A DNA stretch of 63,810 nt, counting the filler, from Sphacelaria rigidula (Eukaryota): assembly GCA_964200075.2 (NCBI GenBank). It is 5 parts of 5 records of this genome, joined end to end, with 100 filler letters (N's around TTAATTAATTAA, not from the genome) between each part and the next. Parts side by side here need not be neighbours in the genome. Positions count along the whole stretch, not along the records: positions 25,566 to 38,247 come from CAXNAA020003506.1; positions 38,348 to 51,029 come from CAXNAA020003507.1; 3 more parts are not named here. One strand, given 5' to 3'. The translations under genes were made by a program, and so were the position numbers. Each line of letters starts with the position of its first letter. Positions within the stretch are counted from its first letter, which is position 1. The notes below the pieces were generated by a model that saw only the letters and a list, made by a program, of their open reading frames with translations, searched no databases and was not told where the DNA came from. Below are positions 25,566 to 38,569 of this stretch, piece by piece.

Positions 25566-26478
25566 GCCCCCCTTCCTAACTCAATGGCCCAGCACACCAG
25601 CCAGCGTGCATGTGTGGGTTAATGATACGAAAGCACACACGAGGTGTTGTCACGTATTGTCGAACAACTTCCGCTCTCTCGGGAGAGACGTGAACCTCAC
25701 TGCGGAGCAACCATACGTATACTTTCGTTCGCATGCGCGACTTAACTCGCTAATATATGAGGTGAATCAGGGGCGGGTAACGCTACGATATTAGTATGAC
25801 ATGAACTTCACGCGATTTTGTCGTAAAATCACGCCAGTTACAGCATACTGTACAGCTTGATTCAGGTCAGGGCGATCAGATCAAGATATTTTCAAAGCTG
25901 ACAGTCCCAAGTGATTTCATCATTCGCCGAGCGCGTTTTCAACAAAATCAGACCTTGCGCCGACGTGAGCACCGTGAGCGTATACCTTGCCTGGGACACA
26001 GTGTGTGTATCTTTTGCCCGAGGGTTCTTGGTGTGCTCTTTCATTGGGAGTAACGTACGGTCAGAACTAAATCCAGAGTGCGCCAACCATTATGATATCA
26101 CGGCAAACTCGCGTCAACCCGCCTCAAGCCTCTTCCATGTCTCTTCCGGTAAACACGCGGAAGTTGTCGAGAACGCCAATCTCGTGTCCAGCAATAGAAT
26201 GGCATCGGTTATCGTGACGTGTACCCCAACCACGCACGTAATCCTACTCAAAATCGCCAAGTGTGCTCTATATATATAACGCTGTGTCCGATGCATACGT
26301 ACCGGGGTTCAGGACGTGGCCGACGTTCGCCTTTGCTGGCGGTCGAGTTGGCCCAGACGAGCCAAGGCTGTGGCACACTTTTATTTCTCATTTCAACCAT
26401 TTTCATCTCTGGCAGATATGGTAAACAGGAATCACGCAACAAAACTCCCGGCTTCCGTGACACATCCATCATGCTTAC

Positions 26479-29400
26479 ATCCAAGGTGCACTTTTCATGG
26501 AGAGCCTCAATGGCAGCGATCGCCGCGGGGCGAGTGGCGAACTTGACAAACGCGCAGCCCTTAGGGGTTCCATCCGGATTGCGCATGCAGTAGATCTGTC
26601 CCCCCCCCCCGACACACGAAAACAGAGAAGGGTAAACAGAGATGAACGCACGGGAGGTTGAGATACCATGAGAACAATCACATCAAATGCGCGTCGAAGA
26701 CCAAACAACAGAGACCGGCTAGGTTTAGCGAAACAGCACACTGACGACTTACAACTGACGGGCTCACGAACAAAAATCGTGTGTTGAACTCAAAAGTCCA
26801 GATTTCGGGCGATAATTGCGCCGATCGAAGTCGCTGGATTTTTACCGACATATGTCGGCGTAATGCTGTGAGGCAGGCTACTTCAACTTAACACGCAGGA
26901 CAGTACCAAATCCATTAAGGAAACCTGGGCAGGAAAAAAACGGGCAAAATACGCCTGACGTGCGTGTTTGCGTATGTATGCGTGCGTTTGTTGTCCGCGT
27001 CCCGAAAACGCCCACAGAATCTAGAGCCGTTACAACACAGTACAATGCACAAGCGACCTAGCCGCCCTTCGGCTCGCACTGACCTCAGTAATATCCCCGA
27101 AGCGAGAGAAGACATCCGTGAGCGTCATATCGTCGGCATCATGCGGCAGCATGCCCACGAATAGCTTGTTTTCCCTATCCACCGGCGTCACGCGGGAATT
27201 TGGGCCTTCGAGAAGTACCGGTAGCGACGTGTAAAAGAGACATGTATCACGTCAAATCAAAATGTGGAACAAAAAAGGACACGGTGAGCAACAACGCATT
27301 CGCTTCCAGAATGGCGTCGTCCCATCCCAGCGACACGCCCGCATAGGGCGAGGGATAACCCTAGAGTCAACGCTGACAGTCGTGCTGTGCGACGTATTCA
27401 GCAAAAGCCCCTGCCTGAGCCCTGGAAGGGAATCAGTAAAATTGGCCGGTTAATTCCAGTTTCATATATTTGCACCACCATTTCAACCTGATGGAACGTC
27501 GCGGACGGGGGGACGGTGAACTCATGATCTTACATGCCATATTAATATGATCATTGATATCGCATCCCTACAAAGCCAGGACGGAGCACGCCGGGTTTCC
27601 GCCGGACCAGACTCAGGCGGGGCGGGGAAGTAAGGAACGGCATCAGCTATCACTCAAGCTTCATTAAGAGCACATGTACCAAATGAGACACAGGAATGAA
27701 AATCGAAACATCTGACCAACCGTTGTTGCGGGGGAGAATCACGGTTGCATGCTCCATCACCCTAAAGCTTAGCCTGTCGAAGAATAGAAGAATGGGCCCA
27801 CGTTACCGACTACACGTTCACTGACTAGACGGGGTGAGGTGTAGAATGAAAGCATAGCCTTCACGGAAGCGATCACATTTATTTCAACACCATAGCAGCC
27901 CTCGAATACGCAGAAAATACTCAGACTTTTCGTCGCATGGAAACAGTACCACTCTGCTGTCGTTGGGGAGGGGCGGTTCGAGCAAAAAACAAAATCACTC
28001 TCTGGAGGGCACCACAATCGGCTTGTTCATATATCACTTTATTTCGAGGATGTTGATGTACTGTACTGTTCTGTTGTCAAAGGGCATATCACATAAAATC
28101 GATCGAACAATTAACCACATAGGCCACCGCGGCTTGACCGAAGGCTAGCACCTTCCACAGGATGCAACCCCCTCACTGGCGGAAATGACACACCTCCGTT
28201 GGCGAGAAAATCGAGGTACCTCGACTCACTCATTGATGGAATGTACAGTCGGTGCACCTCTACAGTACATCGCGCCACGGCAAAGCATGACCGACCAATG
28301 CTGCACTGCGTGTCCTACGCCTTTACTGCCAACCCTTTCGTCTACTGAAGAATTACCGACGAAAAAGCCTCTGCACCGAACAGCTGAATTTCAACAGCCT
28401 ACCCCAGCACAAAGCGTACACCCGACGGCCGCCTGGCTGGCGTCTCTGAAACGAATACCTGAACTGCAGCACCATGACGCGGCACAGCACGGATAATACA
28501 GTACACCCAACGGCTGTCCGGCTGGTGTCTCTGCATGGGCCTGTCCGCCCAATGCACCAGCATAGGACACGACCGAATGGAAAAGCCCATCTTTAAATTC
28601 GACATCAAAGCACAACGCGATTAAAAAACAAACAAGGGTGGCGCCAGACGAGGGTGATTGTAGGAACTCAACTATTGTTGTAACGGATCTCACCTGCTCG
28701 CTCATCGCCCATCTGTGAATCCGCAGGCCGCACTTGTACCGGATTATGAGCCTGCCACATGAACATATGGGTATGGTGGTATCGCGTCGCAGTGGGATGA
28801 TTGACGTAGGTATTTCGCATACACAATATATGGCGGACAGTGTGGGGTGCGTGCTGTGGCCCGTGCGAGTGGCGGTCTAAAGCTGCACCCGCCAAAAGGG
28901 GAATATATGCCTACAGTCGATCGATAATTCGTTTTGGTTGTATGGGACAGGTGTCTCGCGCTGTCAGTGCTGCCGACCGAGCGTAAGGGCGAAGAACCGT
29001 CGACTGAATCCACAGTCAATATCGGCTTGAAGTTGGATGAGGTTCACATCCTTGTCGGCCAAGAAAACCTCAACTCATGAGTGTGCGGTTTTGGGGAGGT
29101 GTGCGGGGACAAATAGAGGCTAGGAAAAATGGTTACACACGGCACGATGGCTTTATCGCTTGGTGTTCAGCGCCCTGTCATGTGAAGCCGAGACGCGGAA
29201 TCCGCGGTTGCGAATTACGGCCACCAAGGACAAGGGCCACGCGAAACAGCGTACGCACAAGCCGGCAGAGAGCGAAGTAGGATTGTGCGGAGTAAATCGA
29301 GAGCACAGCACATGATATATTTGAAAAACTTGTTCATTCCAGTAATTCCTGGCGACGATCAAGCTCCGAAACGTGCGCTCCCATATTGATTTCAACGAAA

Positions 29401-32400
29401 GGGCTGCAGCAGTGTTGGGGAACCATTGCAGGAGGACCAGCAAGTGGTCGATTTCACGAATCGAGTAGCCCGAGATAAGTCCGCTGCTTACCCCCGCCTC
29501 CCCTTGCACCAAGGACCCTACAGTGCTATTCGACCCAAGTATTTATGTTGGTTGCCTGCTGAACGCTGAACACATTCACGCTACTATTCTACTTCAATGA
29601 AAAGGATTTAGCTCGCCCAATCAGGCAACTTGCGTGCGGCAAGTTAAGCAGCCCTTCACGGATTTGCTGCATATATATGGGATCGCTGATGTAGGATGCC
29701 CATACCGAACGTTTGTACCGACGATGCACGCTATCGTCAAACCTCGTGTGCACCGGTACCCGACAGTTGGTGTTGTGTACTACTGTACAAAGGCCAACCA
29801 CGATTGTCGCTGCTGCGGGCGAACATGCGGGGGAAAGCCTGAGTTGCTTGTGTAGCCGGGCTGCGTCATCTTTATTGAATTAAGTTCAGTACGACACAAC
29901 AGTGAACAGTGCAGTAGCTGAATGATCTAACCCAGAGCACAAGACCAGCATAATGAAATGAACTTACGTTTGGTAGCTTGACTTTATTGTGGAATTTCTC
30001 CACCGCTCTCTCTCCAGCCTCTCGTGTTGTGTACGTCAGGAAGGCACAGCCTGCAGGTGGCGAAACGAAAACCCACCGCAATTTTGTTATGCAATTGTAC
30101 TGCCTGTACTGTTGTACCGGGATGTTTTTAGCTGTCCGACAGTAAAATTACCTACACCACGTATGAATGAGACGGAGGGCACAGGCGCCAGCGGCACACT
30201 TGATCGCACGGAGCTATGCTGGTGCTACTGTACAAAGGGTACAGGATGTGGCGCTAACAACCAAACGACCGCTGGTTGAAGTCATACAATAGTGCTAACA
30301 GTGACTACAGGGGTGAACACCCTGACCGCTCACAAAACCCAAATGCACGTCTACAGGGTAAAGGCGAGGGGAGGGGGGAAAAAAGCAGCGGGGGGGCTTG
30401 AAGGCAAAAATTCCAACAAATTACGTTCAAAGTTACGAAAGTTGCTCCACACATGCGATAGAATGCTGCTGCACATCTAGGGCAGCCCCGACACCAACCG
30501 TCAGTACGTTTCATGTTTTATGCCACCGACACCGCACACAGTCGGTAGAGGTATGAAGCCCTTCAAAGTAAACTACACGTACACACCGGGCTCCCCCTAA
30601 CTCTGTAACCTGTCCTGCCGGGTGCGGTTTCTCAAGAAGTGTGAGGATGTGATGAGTACACCTTGTCAAAGATGATACATATGTAGGAGGGAGAGAAAAT
30701 ACACGCTCGTGTCCTGAATGATACCGGAACAAATCTGATTGTGGGTCCGCTCAACTCTGGACTGTACGGTACCGCATCGATCGTCACCCTACGCATACTG
30801 CTTCCACATGGTTTATGTGACTACTGTGCCTGTATCCCAGTGCCCCAGCGGAAAGCAAGTCATACAGCTAGGACCGGGATGTCCCCTAAATAAAACATCA
30901 CGCCATGTCATGCGTTGTTGTGGCTAGCCAGCAGTCAGTGGCAGAGCACGCCAACAAAACTCGAACACAGCCTTCAACAACGCATCGCCTCTTTGGGAAC
31001 TACCAGAAAAGATTCAAGATGGGTCCTTCAGCGCTACTCCTTGCGGGCCATGCCGTCCGATAGTCGGAAAAATTTTGGTCTTCCGTAATAATTCAACTTT
31101 TCAGTGCAACCTTACGCAAGGCCTTCTGGCCCGACCTTTCCCTCAAAGCTCATCAGCTGATAATCGTGGCGACAGCGTGTTGGCTAAAATGCGTGCTCGC
31201 AACAAGACCTATATATCACATAAAGCGCACTTTTTTTCGAAAAAACTGTTCCGGGGGGCGATGATGTCACCATGGCCACGGCGTTTGGAACGTGTCGGGA
31301 CATGCACTGACGGTGTCTGCTGACTTCCCAACGTCGTCGCAGATTCCGAGTATTTTTTTAGCACTACGCTACAAAACAGGTTCGCACCGGGCTAAACTTC
31401 CGGCCGAGAGATCCGGCGGAAAACAGAGGCACTGCTAAGGGCTCTCACAGCGGGTGACTGTATATTGTACTGTACTATACTGGATTGGGGTGCGGGGATA
31501 GTCATATTGCACCCAGCAGCCAGCGACCAAGCCCCACTTCCATGTACTGACAAATGTGCAGTCGGTACAGACTGTAAGGTCTGAGAGTTACTGAGAAGGG
31601 GCATGTGTTCTCGGCTTGAATGTTGGCTATTCTCAGCCGCCACACCGCCACGCACACACCCAGTGCTAACGAAACACCTTCGACGTAGCCAGGAAAAGGA
31701 TATATGCAAAATACACCGCACAGTGTTGGTCGCCGCGCCGACTTGAGAGCGGGTGCTACGACAGGGCAGGTGCACCGACCATAAGCTGTACGGGGATCAG
31801 CTGTCGGCGCGAGACAAACTGCCGCCACAGTCGGCATTCAAAGACGAGGTCGGTCGCCCCGCAGTCGGTTGGGGATGTGGGATTCTCAACTGAAGAACTT
31901 AGAGGAAACACGGTAGTTCGGATTTGGTTGGCTCTTTTAAAAACAGGTCATCTCATGCATCATAAAAATGCAGAGGATTAACATCCATCGTAAACGGTTG
32001 AGGTCCATAACCATGACGCCTCGGGAGGTGCGCTCCTCTAGGGGGGACACACGAGGACAACAAGAGATCCGTTGCAAACCCCGAACAAACAATGACGCGT
32101 GTGTGAGGGCTGACAAAAACATACTAACCATGGTCGAAAAAAGGGCTGTAGAGGAACGAGGACACAACAAAAAACGGTGCCGGGCGCAGCCCAGAACGAG
32201 TGGAGTCAAAAAATAAATGGGCGCACATTCTTGGGGAAGACCTGAAGAAGAAAAGATGACTGCACCACCATACAGGCGTTGATCTTTGAAGTTTAGGGGA
32301 ACTGCTGCGAATCGTCGGGTCACCTACCTCTGTGTGCGTCCGTTTGCCTATCCCTGATGACCATGATGTGTGCAATCGGTCCAGCCTGTTCGAATAGAGG

Positions 32401-33081
32401 TCGAAGCTGCTCCTCATCCATGTCTTTGGGCACCTGAAACGTGTACCCAAACGAAGACACAAATACAAGACACAACACACGACCACCGCGTCAACACACC
32501 AAAGTACCCGATACACCGCATTATGTTGGGTACAATGTACAACCAGCGGACCTGCTCTGATGAGGCCATGGTACGGTACCATGGGCGCCGCGGGTCGCGT
32601 GTGCTGACAACCTCTCTGCTAGTTTGTCAATTCTACTCTACTGCCAATTTCTCCAATATATGCCTGAGGGCAATCTATGTGACTCGCCGTCACCGTTCGG
32701 AGACACAATCTCCCTGGGAGGAGTGACAGCGCAACTGTCGCTCGTGCCCAGTTGCAAACGAACAGGCGCCGCTGCTGAGTGTGAGAGAGTTTGTAAAATA
32801 AATCACTAAACCTTCGAAAGCGATGCAACATTTTGCGCCGACGACTGAGACCTGAGAGACCTAGAGAGTGAATCCATGCTGAAAGGCGGCAACACACTAT
32901 AGCTGGCGTGAAAGCTGGACGCATATGCCCTCACCCGTCGGCATGACCATGGACGGAATGACACTGACACATCACAGTACACAAAAGCATGTCTCACCTG
33001 GCCAACAAACAACTTTAGCGGCATGGGCTCCCCCCGTATTTGCTCCCCTCCCTCGGAAGAGGCGTACAACTGGTGGTCCAT
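26479..33081 (-). CDS. CELF: CELF/Bruno-like (CUG-BP/ETR-3) RRM RNA-binding protein, RRM1 and most of RRM2, 3' end off-contig
   Basis: Exons 33081-32998, 32433-32328, 30050-29968, 28751-28694, 27205-27084, 26595-26479; GT-AG and phase-consistent. Peptide LKLFVGQ|VPKDMDEEQLRPLFEQAG..VIRDRQTDAHR|GCAFLTY..KLPN|AHNPVQVRPADS..ENKLFVGML..|IYCMRNPDGTPKGCAFVKF is the CELF signature. The ATG at 33081 is inferred as the start. Confidence 0.93.
27515..27612 (-). mobile_element. SINE-like family A 3' tail fragment
   Basis: actcatgatcttacatgcc..cctacaaagccaggacggagcacgccggg next to a G-run. Confidence 0.75.
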
Positions 33082-35199
33082 CTCACCACCAGCCAAGTTG
33101 TCGTTCAGATGGATCCACGACGATGCACAAATGTCCACCGACGGACTGCGGGTGTCCTACTACCCACGACGCTGCAAGTACCCGCGTGCTGATATTGGTT
33201 CAATGGACAAGCTTGCTACCACAGTTTAGAGCAGCACAGCAAAGTACAACAGCACAGCACAGACAGTGGTACGCTTGTGAGGTAGGTCAAATCAAAACGG
33301 AGCCGGCAAAACGCGCGGTCGTTTGACTTGATGACTATTAGCCTGTTGAAAACAGCTCGCCAACACAACGCAGGCGCTCCCGTATTCCGAACGCGTCTCC
33401 CCCACACCCCTGTGGATGGTAGCCCGCCACCGCGCCACGCAATCAAAAAGAGCAGCTGCAATATGTGAGGATTGTACTAGCTGCCTGCTGAGAGCGTAGT
33501 GCAGGTTACGACGATTGCCCACGACGCATGGGGTGGGCAACTGTTGTTGCAAAACCGTTTTTTTTTTTTTCAGGATTTGATGATAAAATGATGTGCAGAG
33601 AAATTTATTTCGTATCTTGCCAGGATCCGAAAAACGGTTGTGGGCGCGGTAGGATTCGAATGCCTGCGCGTGTAGAAGCGTTGGAATATCGGCGCGAGTT
33701 GTTTGTGGAGAGATTCGGCACGGTAGTATTACTCTGCTGTGTGCATCTAACGATTTGGGAGCTTCAGCACACGCACATTAATGTGCGCAAGATATAACCC
33801 TGCTTGTGGGTAAAAATGTGCTCAACACTTCCCTGCAATTGCCTATAAACGGACTGTCGACAGCCGACGGCACGGCAACCCACAAGGGTCCCACTTGAGT
33901 AGAGACAGTCGTGAGAGAGTGGTAGCGGAAGATGCGGCCATCTGACGCTTGACAGTGAGAAGAAACGGCGGCGAAGATTTCTCCACACACGCAAACAGAA
34001 CCTTTCAAGGAATGCACCGGGTATAATATATCAAAACTTCTACTCGCTGTGCACCGAGTGGGTCCACGATGCTGCTTCGGAGCTTGTGTGATTTGTGTTA
34101 ACGGACGTCGTTTCCGTCATCTTACTGCAGTATAAAAACCCACGAGAATCATATGGACATTGACTTTCATGTTGACATGCCTAGATGACATGTCCGCCCA
34201 CCTAGTCTTCGTCTGATGTTCTGATTGTACGTTGCTGAGCTGTTTGTATTGGTGTGGGTGCATAGGGTTTTACTGCTTGTCCATATCAGCGATTAATCAA
34301 TTCTGCTCCGAGGCAGTGCGAATGCGCTCCAGGAGCATGCGGGAAGGCGGAAGAGGCGGAGAAGAGAATTGACTGCATAGCTATATTCTAAAAAACGATG
34401 CATACCGCCACTTAGAGTTCACGGGAGACGCGGGTCTAATCGGATGGACCCTCTCTTGCTCTCATAAGTTCTCGTCTGATGTGACACGTCTGTGGGAGTA
34501 ACCGCTGTTCAAGATGTACGCTTCTTGAACAAGCTCGCACTTCACCCTCCTTGACTGAATGTAGTCTGGTCGTATCTCCTCCAACAGTGGATCATTCTTA
34601 GGGTTGTATTTTCGAGCGCCGGCTATGGACATTGCTAGACTACAAAGTGCTGGAGACCTTGATGGTAAAAGGCAGAGACGGGCTCGAGCGACGGTCTCCT
34701 GATCACGGGGATTGGTGGGACGGCTACAAAGAAACCTAGACGCATCCCTACTTTAAACAGAGGAAGCAGACGGCATCCCGTGTTACGTCATTTGTGGTGC
34801 GGCGGAACAAGAATCGGGCAACGTCTGACCGGCCAATCATGTATTCTCCCCGCTATAAACGAACGGTGGAACGATGTGCGGGACCAGGGAACAGCCAGAT
34901 ACTGAAAGGTAACAGAGTAAATGTTTTCAAACTGGAAAGAGTGCCGGAAATCGGACCACCGCAGTCACACGCGACCGTTCGCCAGCCACTGCCTGTTCCT
35001 GAGAACAGTTACAAACAAGGTAAACCCACGTTCTCCGCCAATCTACGGGGGTAGAGGAAGCGCGATGTGAGCAGACCGCACAGCAATTTTCAGCGCCGCC
35101 CGAGCTGTTATTTTACTCGCAGAATATGCGTACGGTGGAGAAAATTAGAGCTGCTCATGAAATGTACCTCCCCATTTATCGTACAAGAAAAAAAGGCTC

Positions 35200-37600
35200 T
35201 CCAGTGTAGCATGCAGTCATGAAGCCGCGCGAGTCATCATCAAAGTCATAATGCTGCCTTACGCCAGAAATGGGGAGTAGCGCATATCTTCGACATGCGA
35301 ATCGCACAACTCCTGATGACTCAAGATCCCGTGGTAAAACATTTGCGGCGCCCATGTCATGATTCACTCTGCACACGTTGCCCGTCGCCAAGCTCTGTGC
35401 CGTGAGTCCACCGTCCCAAATTCGCACGTTTCTCTTGGTTCTCCACCAATGCTTGGTGTGCAACGTTTAGGTACATGAAAACAAGCGATGCACAACCAGC
35501 GTCATCACCGCAGCTTGGCTCATCGACTGCGCTGGGCATGCCTGAACCGCCGGTTACTTCTCGACCACAGTCATCTTTCACTGTACCGCTGCCAAGCACA
35601 TACACCGGTAGATCAGATATAGCATCAACCGCTACATTCGAGAAGCGCTATATGAAACAACTACCTCGAGACAAATCGTGGTGTGACTCCTTTCTCCAAG
35701 GGTACTCCCGTAGGCCACAATCTACGTCCAACACAGTGAGTGCCATAAGCAAGAGGCCTACACCATTATACAACCAATTTCAAGTATCAACATTCGCAAG
35801 CTGTAAAGCCTGTCCCTTCCCCAACCATGTATCTGTAGCTTGTTACAAAGAACAAACAAAGAGAGAGATATAACCTCACAGACAGCTACAGACCCAGCCG
35901 CGCCTTGCGATGCTGCTTCGGTACTGAAATCAATGGCATGCACAAAGAGAAGCATCGCCCGTATGCTGACCAAACCAGGGCAACGAGCACCTGGGGATGG
36001 CAATTTCACAGGCGAAAAAGCCAGCCTGGACACCTACATGGATCCCGCCCCCCAGCCATTATGCGCTCGATTCAACTGTCGCCCGCCTCTCGGCAATAAT
36101 AAGTTCCGTCAAAGGTGGTGATCAGCGTGTGCCTGGAAAGCGGAGAGCGATTTGCAGACAGATGCGTAATTGACATGCGCACAAAATATAGTGGTTAATC
36201 CTACAACAAGAAGGTACTCGTGGGATGTCTTGAGGCCCAAGCCTGAAAAACAAAAGCACCGAGGCCGCGTTGAGGGCAGCGCCTTGAAAGTGACACTTCA
36301 GGTGATGAGTAACGCCTCATTGACGTAGATGCGCTCTACACAAGACTTCTGCAACGCGAAAACAAACAATATTTTTGTGCAGCTCATGCAGTTCGGTGGT
36401 AAAAGCTCTTGGGAAAATGGTACAAGTTGAAATGGGTTGGTTGCGCTTGCAGCTTGCAGTCGCTGGACCATGACAGCAGAACGCTTCGCCCGTCTGGGGA
36501 ACGACTTCTGCACATGGCCCTTTGAGCGCAAAGCCTTGGCCTATTTCATCCGACTGAGCAGCTCCCCGGAATCTTTTAGTGTCAGGGAGTCTTGATGGGA
36601 GTGTTCGGGTTATACGGAAGCCATACTAGAATCAAGGCAATCTCATGATGGACCGTTAATGTGCGGTTGGAGCGGCCACAGATGAACTCTTCGTGCTCAA
36701 GCGGGAACAGAGCAAGGGTGTATTGGTTCTCAACATACGCCCAACATCTTAGTTGCCTAGCCCTCAGCGAGTGCCAGGGCAGAGACGAGCTTGACTGCAG
36801 GAGTACAGTCTCGCGTAGATCGTAGACAAGTACTGCCAAAAGGCCGTCCATGCATGTACAACGGCTGAGCTTCAAGCGCGCGTGTGCGGACAGGTGGATT
36901 ATACGGTGCAGTGCGAGCATAGTAGCAATTGCTTGTTGTGGCGGCCGATTCAAAGACTTGTGGCTGCCCAACTTGGCTGACTGTCTCGTTACTGAACCGA
37001 CAAGAAAAAAGTTGCGTTCAAAGCACCGTACATCGTGCCAGAAATACGGAGGTCACCCAACAGGCGAAGGCACGGTAGCACCGCTCTGAGGAAGCCACAG
37101 CCCGTAGCCTACAACACGCCTGTAGCAGCGTTCAAGTGTCCATGCAAATCGTGCTCCATGTTGTTGCTGCCATGCCGGTCATGACGACAAAAAGCAAAGG
37201 CAAAGAAACAGCCGCAGCATGAAAACTACGGAGGGATCCCTCGATGCTCTGTTCTTACAAGCGTATAAGTTGTCCCCATGCCTCGCGAAATCGCAGTGTC
37301 AAAATAATACTTCGTATTTCCGTGTACAGCGGTCCACCAGAAGGGGTGTATCTCACAACACCAGTTTGGCAAAGTTATTTTGCCCTCTCACAGAAATCAA
37401 AGATTCTTGCGACTCTAATTTTGTCCATCTTCTGTTCACACCGGTCGTCTTTGGCGGCGTCTGCGCTTTGACACAACATAAACACCCCGCGACCACATTC
37501 GCCGAGGCGATCGCCAAACGGGGAAACGCTGGGTGCAGGCGAAGTTTGGGCGAGAAGAACAGCTCAGGGTCACAACTAGGCATACAGCACACCTACACAT
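35200..37600 (-). pseudogene. Possible heavily decayed Mutator-like transposase
   Basis: Ordered remnants across broken minus frames: CRHDRH..HLNAATGVL*ATGCGF, LEHEEFICG, GHVQKSF, YLNVAHQALVENQEKRANL. Resemblance only; boundaries approximate. Confidence 0.3.
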
Positions 37601-38247
37601 ATCTACTAAAAGGCCGGAAAATGCAGTGAATTTCGCACTAATACAGTTTCAGTGTGGAGTGTACTACACTGGAGACGGCGTCCGTATATTTTCAAGTCAC
37701 GGGGCATTTATGAAGTCGAGAACTACGCTACCTGTGACAATAGTGGGTCAGTTGTATTCCTCTCGTGAGGGATGCGGGTAACGGTCAGGGAAGCGATGCG
37801 GGTAAATGGGTTTGTCGGGAAGGCAGGTGGCGGCGGTTTCCATGAATGCAGTATCTGTGTTTGAGTCGACCCCCTGATAATATAAATCTCGCATAGGCGC
37901 GAATTTACTGTGCAGGTCGTGACCAACGTGGTCGTTGTTATCACAAGACACTTGAAACCAATTAATGATTTGCAATAGTCGCGTTTGATCTCTCGTTGCT
38001 TTTGATCATCATTTACGCGGACTACTGCCATTGGCTAAGGTATGGTGCTTCTTGGTCACGGAACGCAAGGCACGACTACGTTGCACCTCCGAATTAGTAA
38101 TCAATCCCTACATAGGTGATGATAGAGAGTTTCGGAAAAAAAAGCAGAACTCAGGGATAAAAGCGAGAACGACTGGATTGTTTACGCTTGAACCCCAGGT
38201 TTGTTTTATTTATTTCACCACGTAGGTGTGGACCGTGGCCAACTTTT

Positions 38248-38347
38248 NNNNNNNNNNNNNNNNNNNNNNNNNNNNNNNNNNNNNNNNNNNNTTAATTAAT
38301 TAANNNNNNNNNNNNNNNNNNNNNNNNNNNNNNNNNNNNNNNNNNNN
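38248..38347. other. Artificial contig spacer
   Basis: N44-TTAATTAATTAA-N44. Confidence 0.97.
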
Positions 38348-38420
38348 AGTTGCTTTATTCTGTGGTATCGGCACTTCCAGAGACAGCCACAGCTTTTACA
38401 CTGCCTCATGGGTGTCTAAC
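38348..38420 (-). mobile_element. SINE-like family A fragment at contig start
   Basis: agttgctttatt..cttccagagacag..cactgcctcatgggtgtct matches ~25350-25420. Confidence 0.75.
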
Positions 38421-38569
38421 CGGAGGTAGGTGGCTGGGTTGAAAAAAAAGTGTGACAAGAAAGAAAAAAAATAGGTTTACTCACATAAACGACATTAAAG
38501 GTTCTGTATTCTGTTCTGTTTGTGTTTCTCTCTTCATTTTTTTCTTGTTTTCTTTATGTTCAATCTCAG

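Noticed and set aside
28495-28565. Possible extra CELF exon (GALGGQAHAETPAGQPLG)
   Set aside because: No adjacent AG acceptor, and the flanking exons already join in phase.
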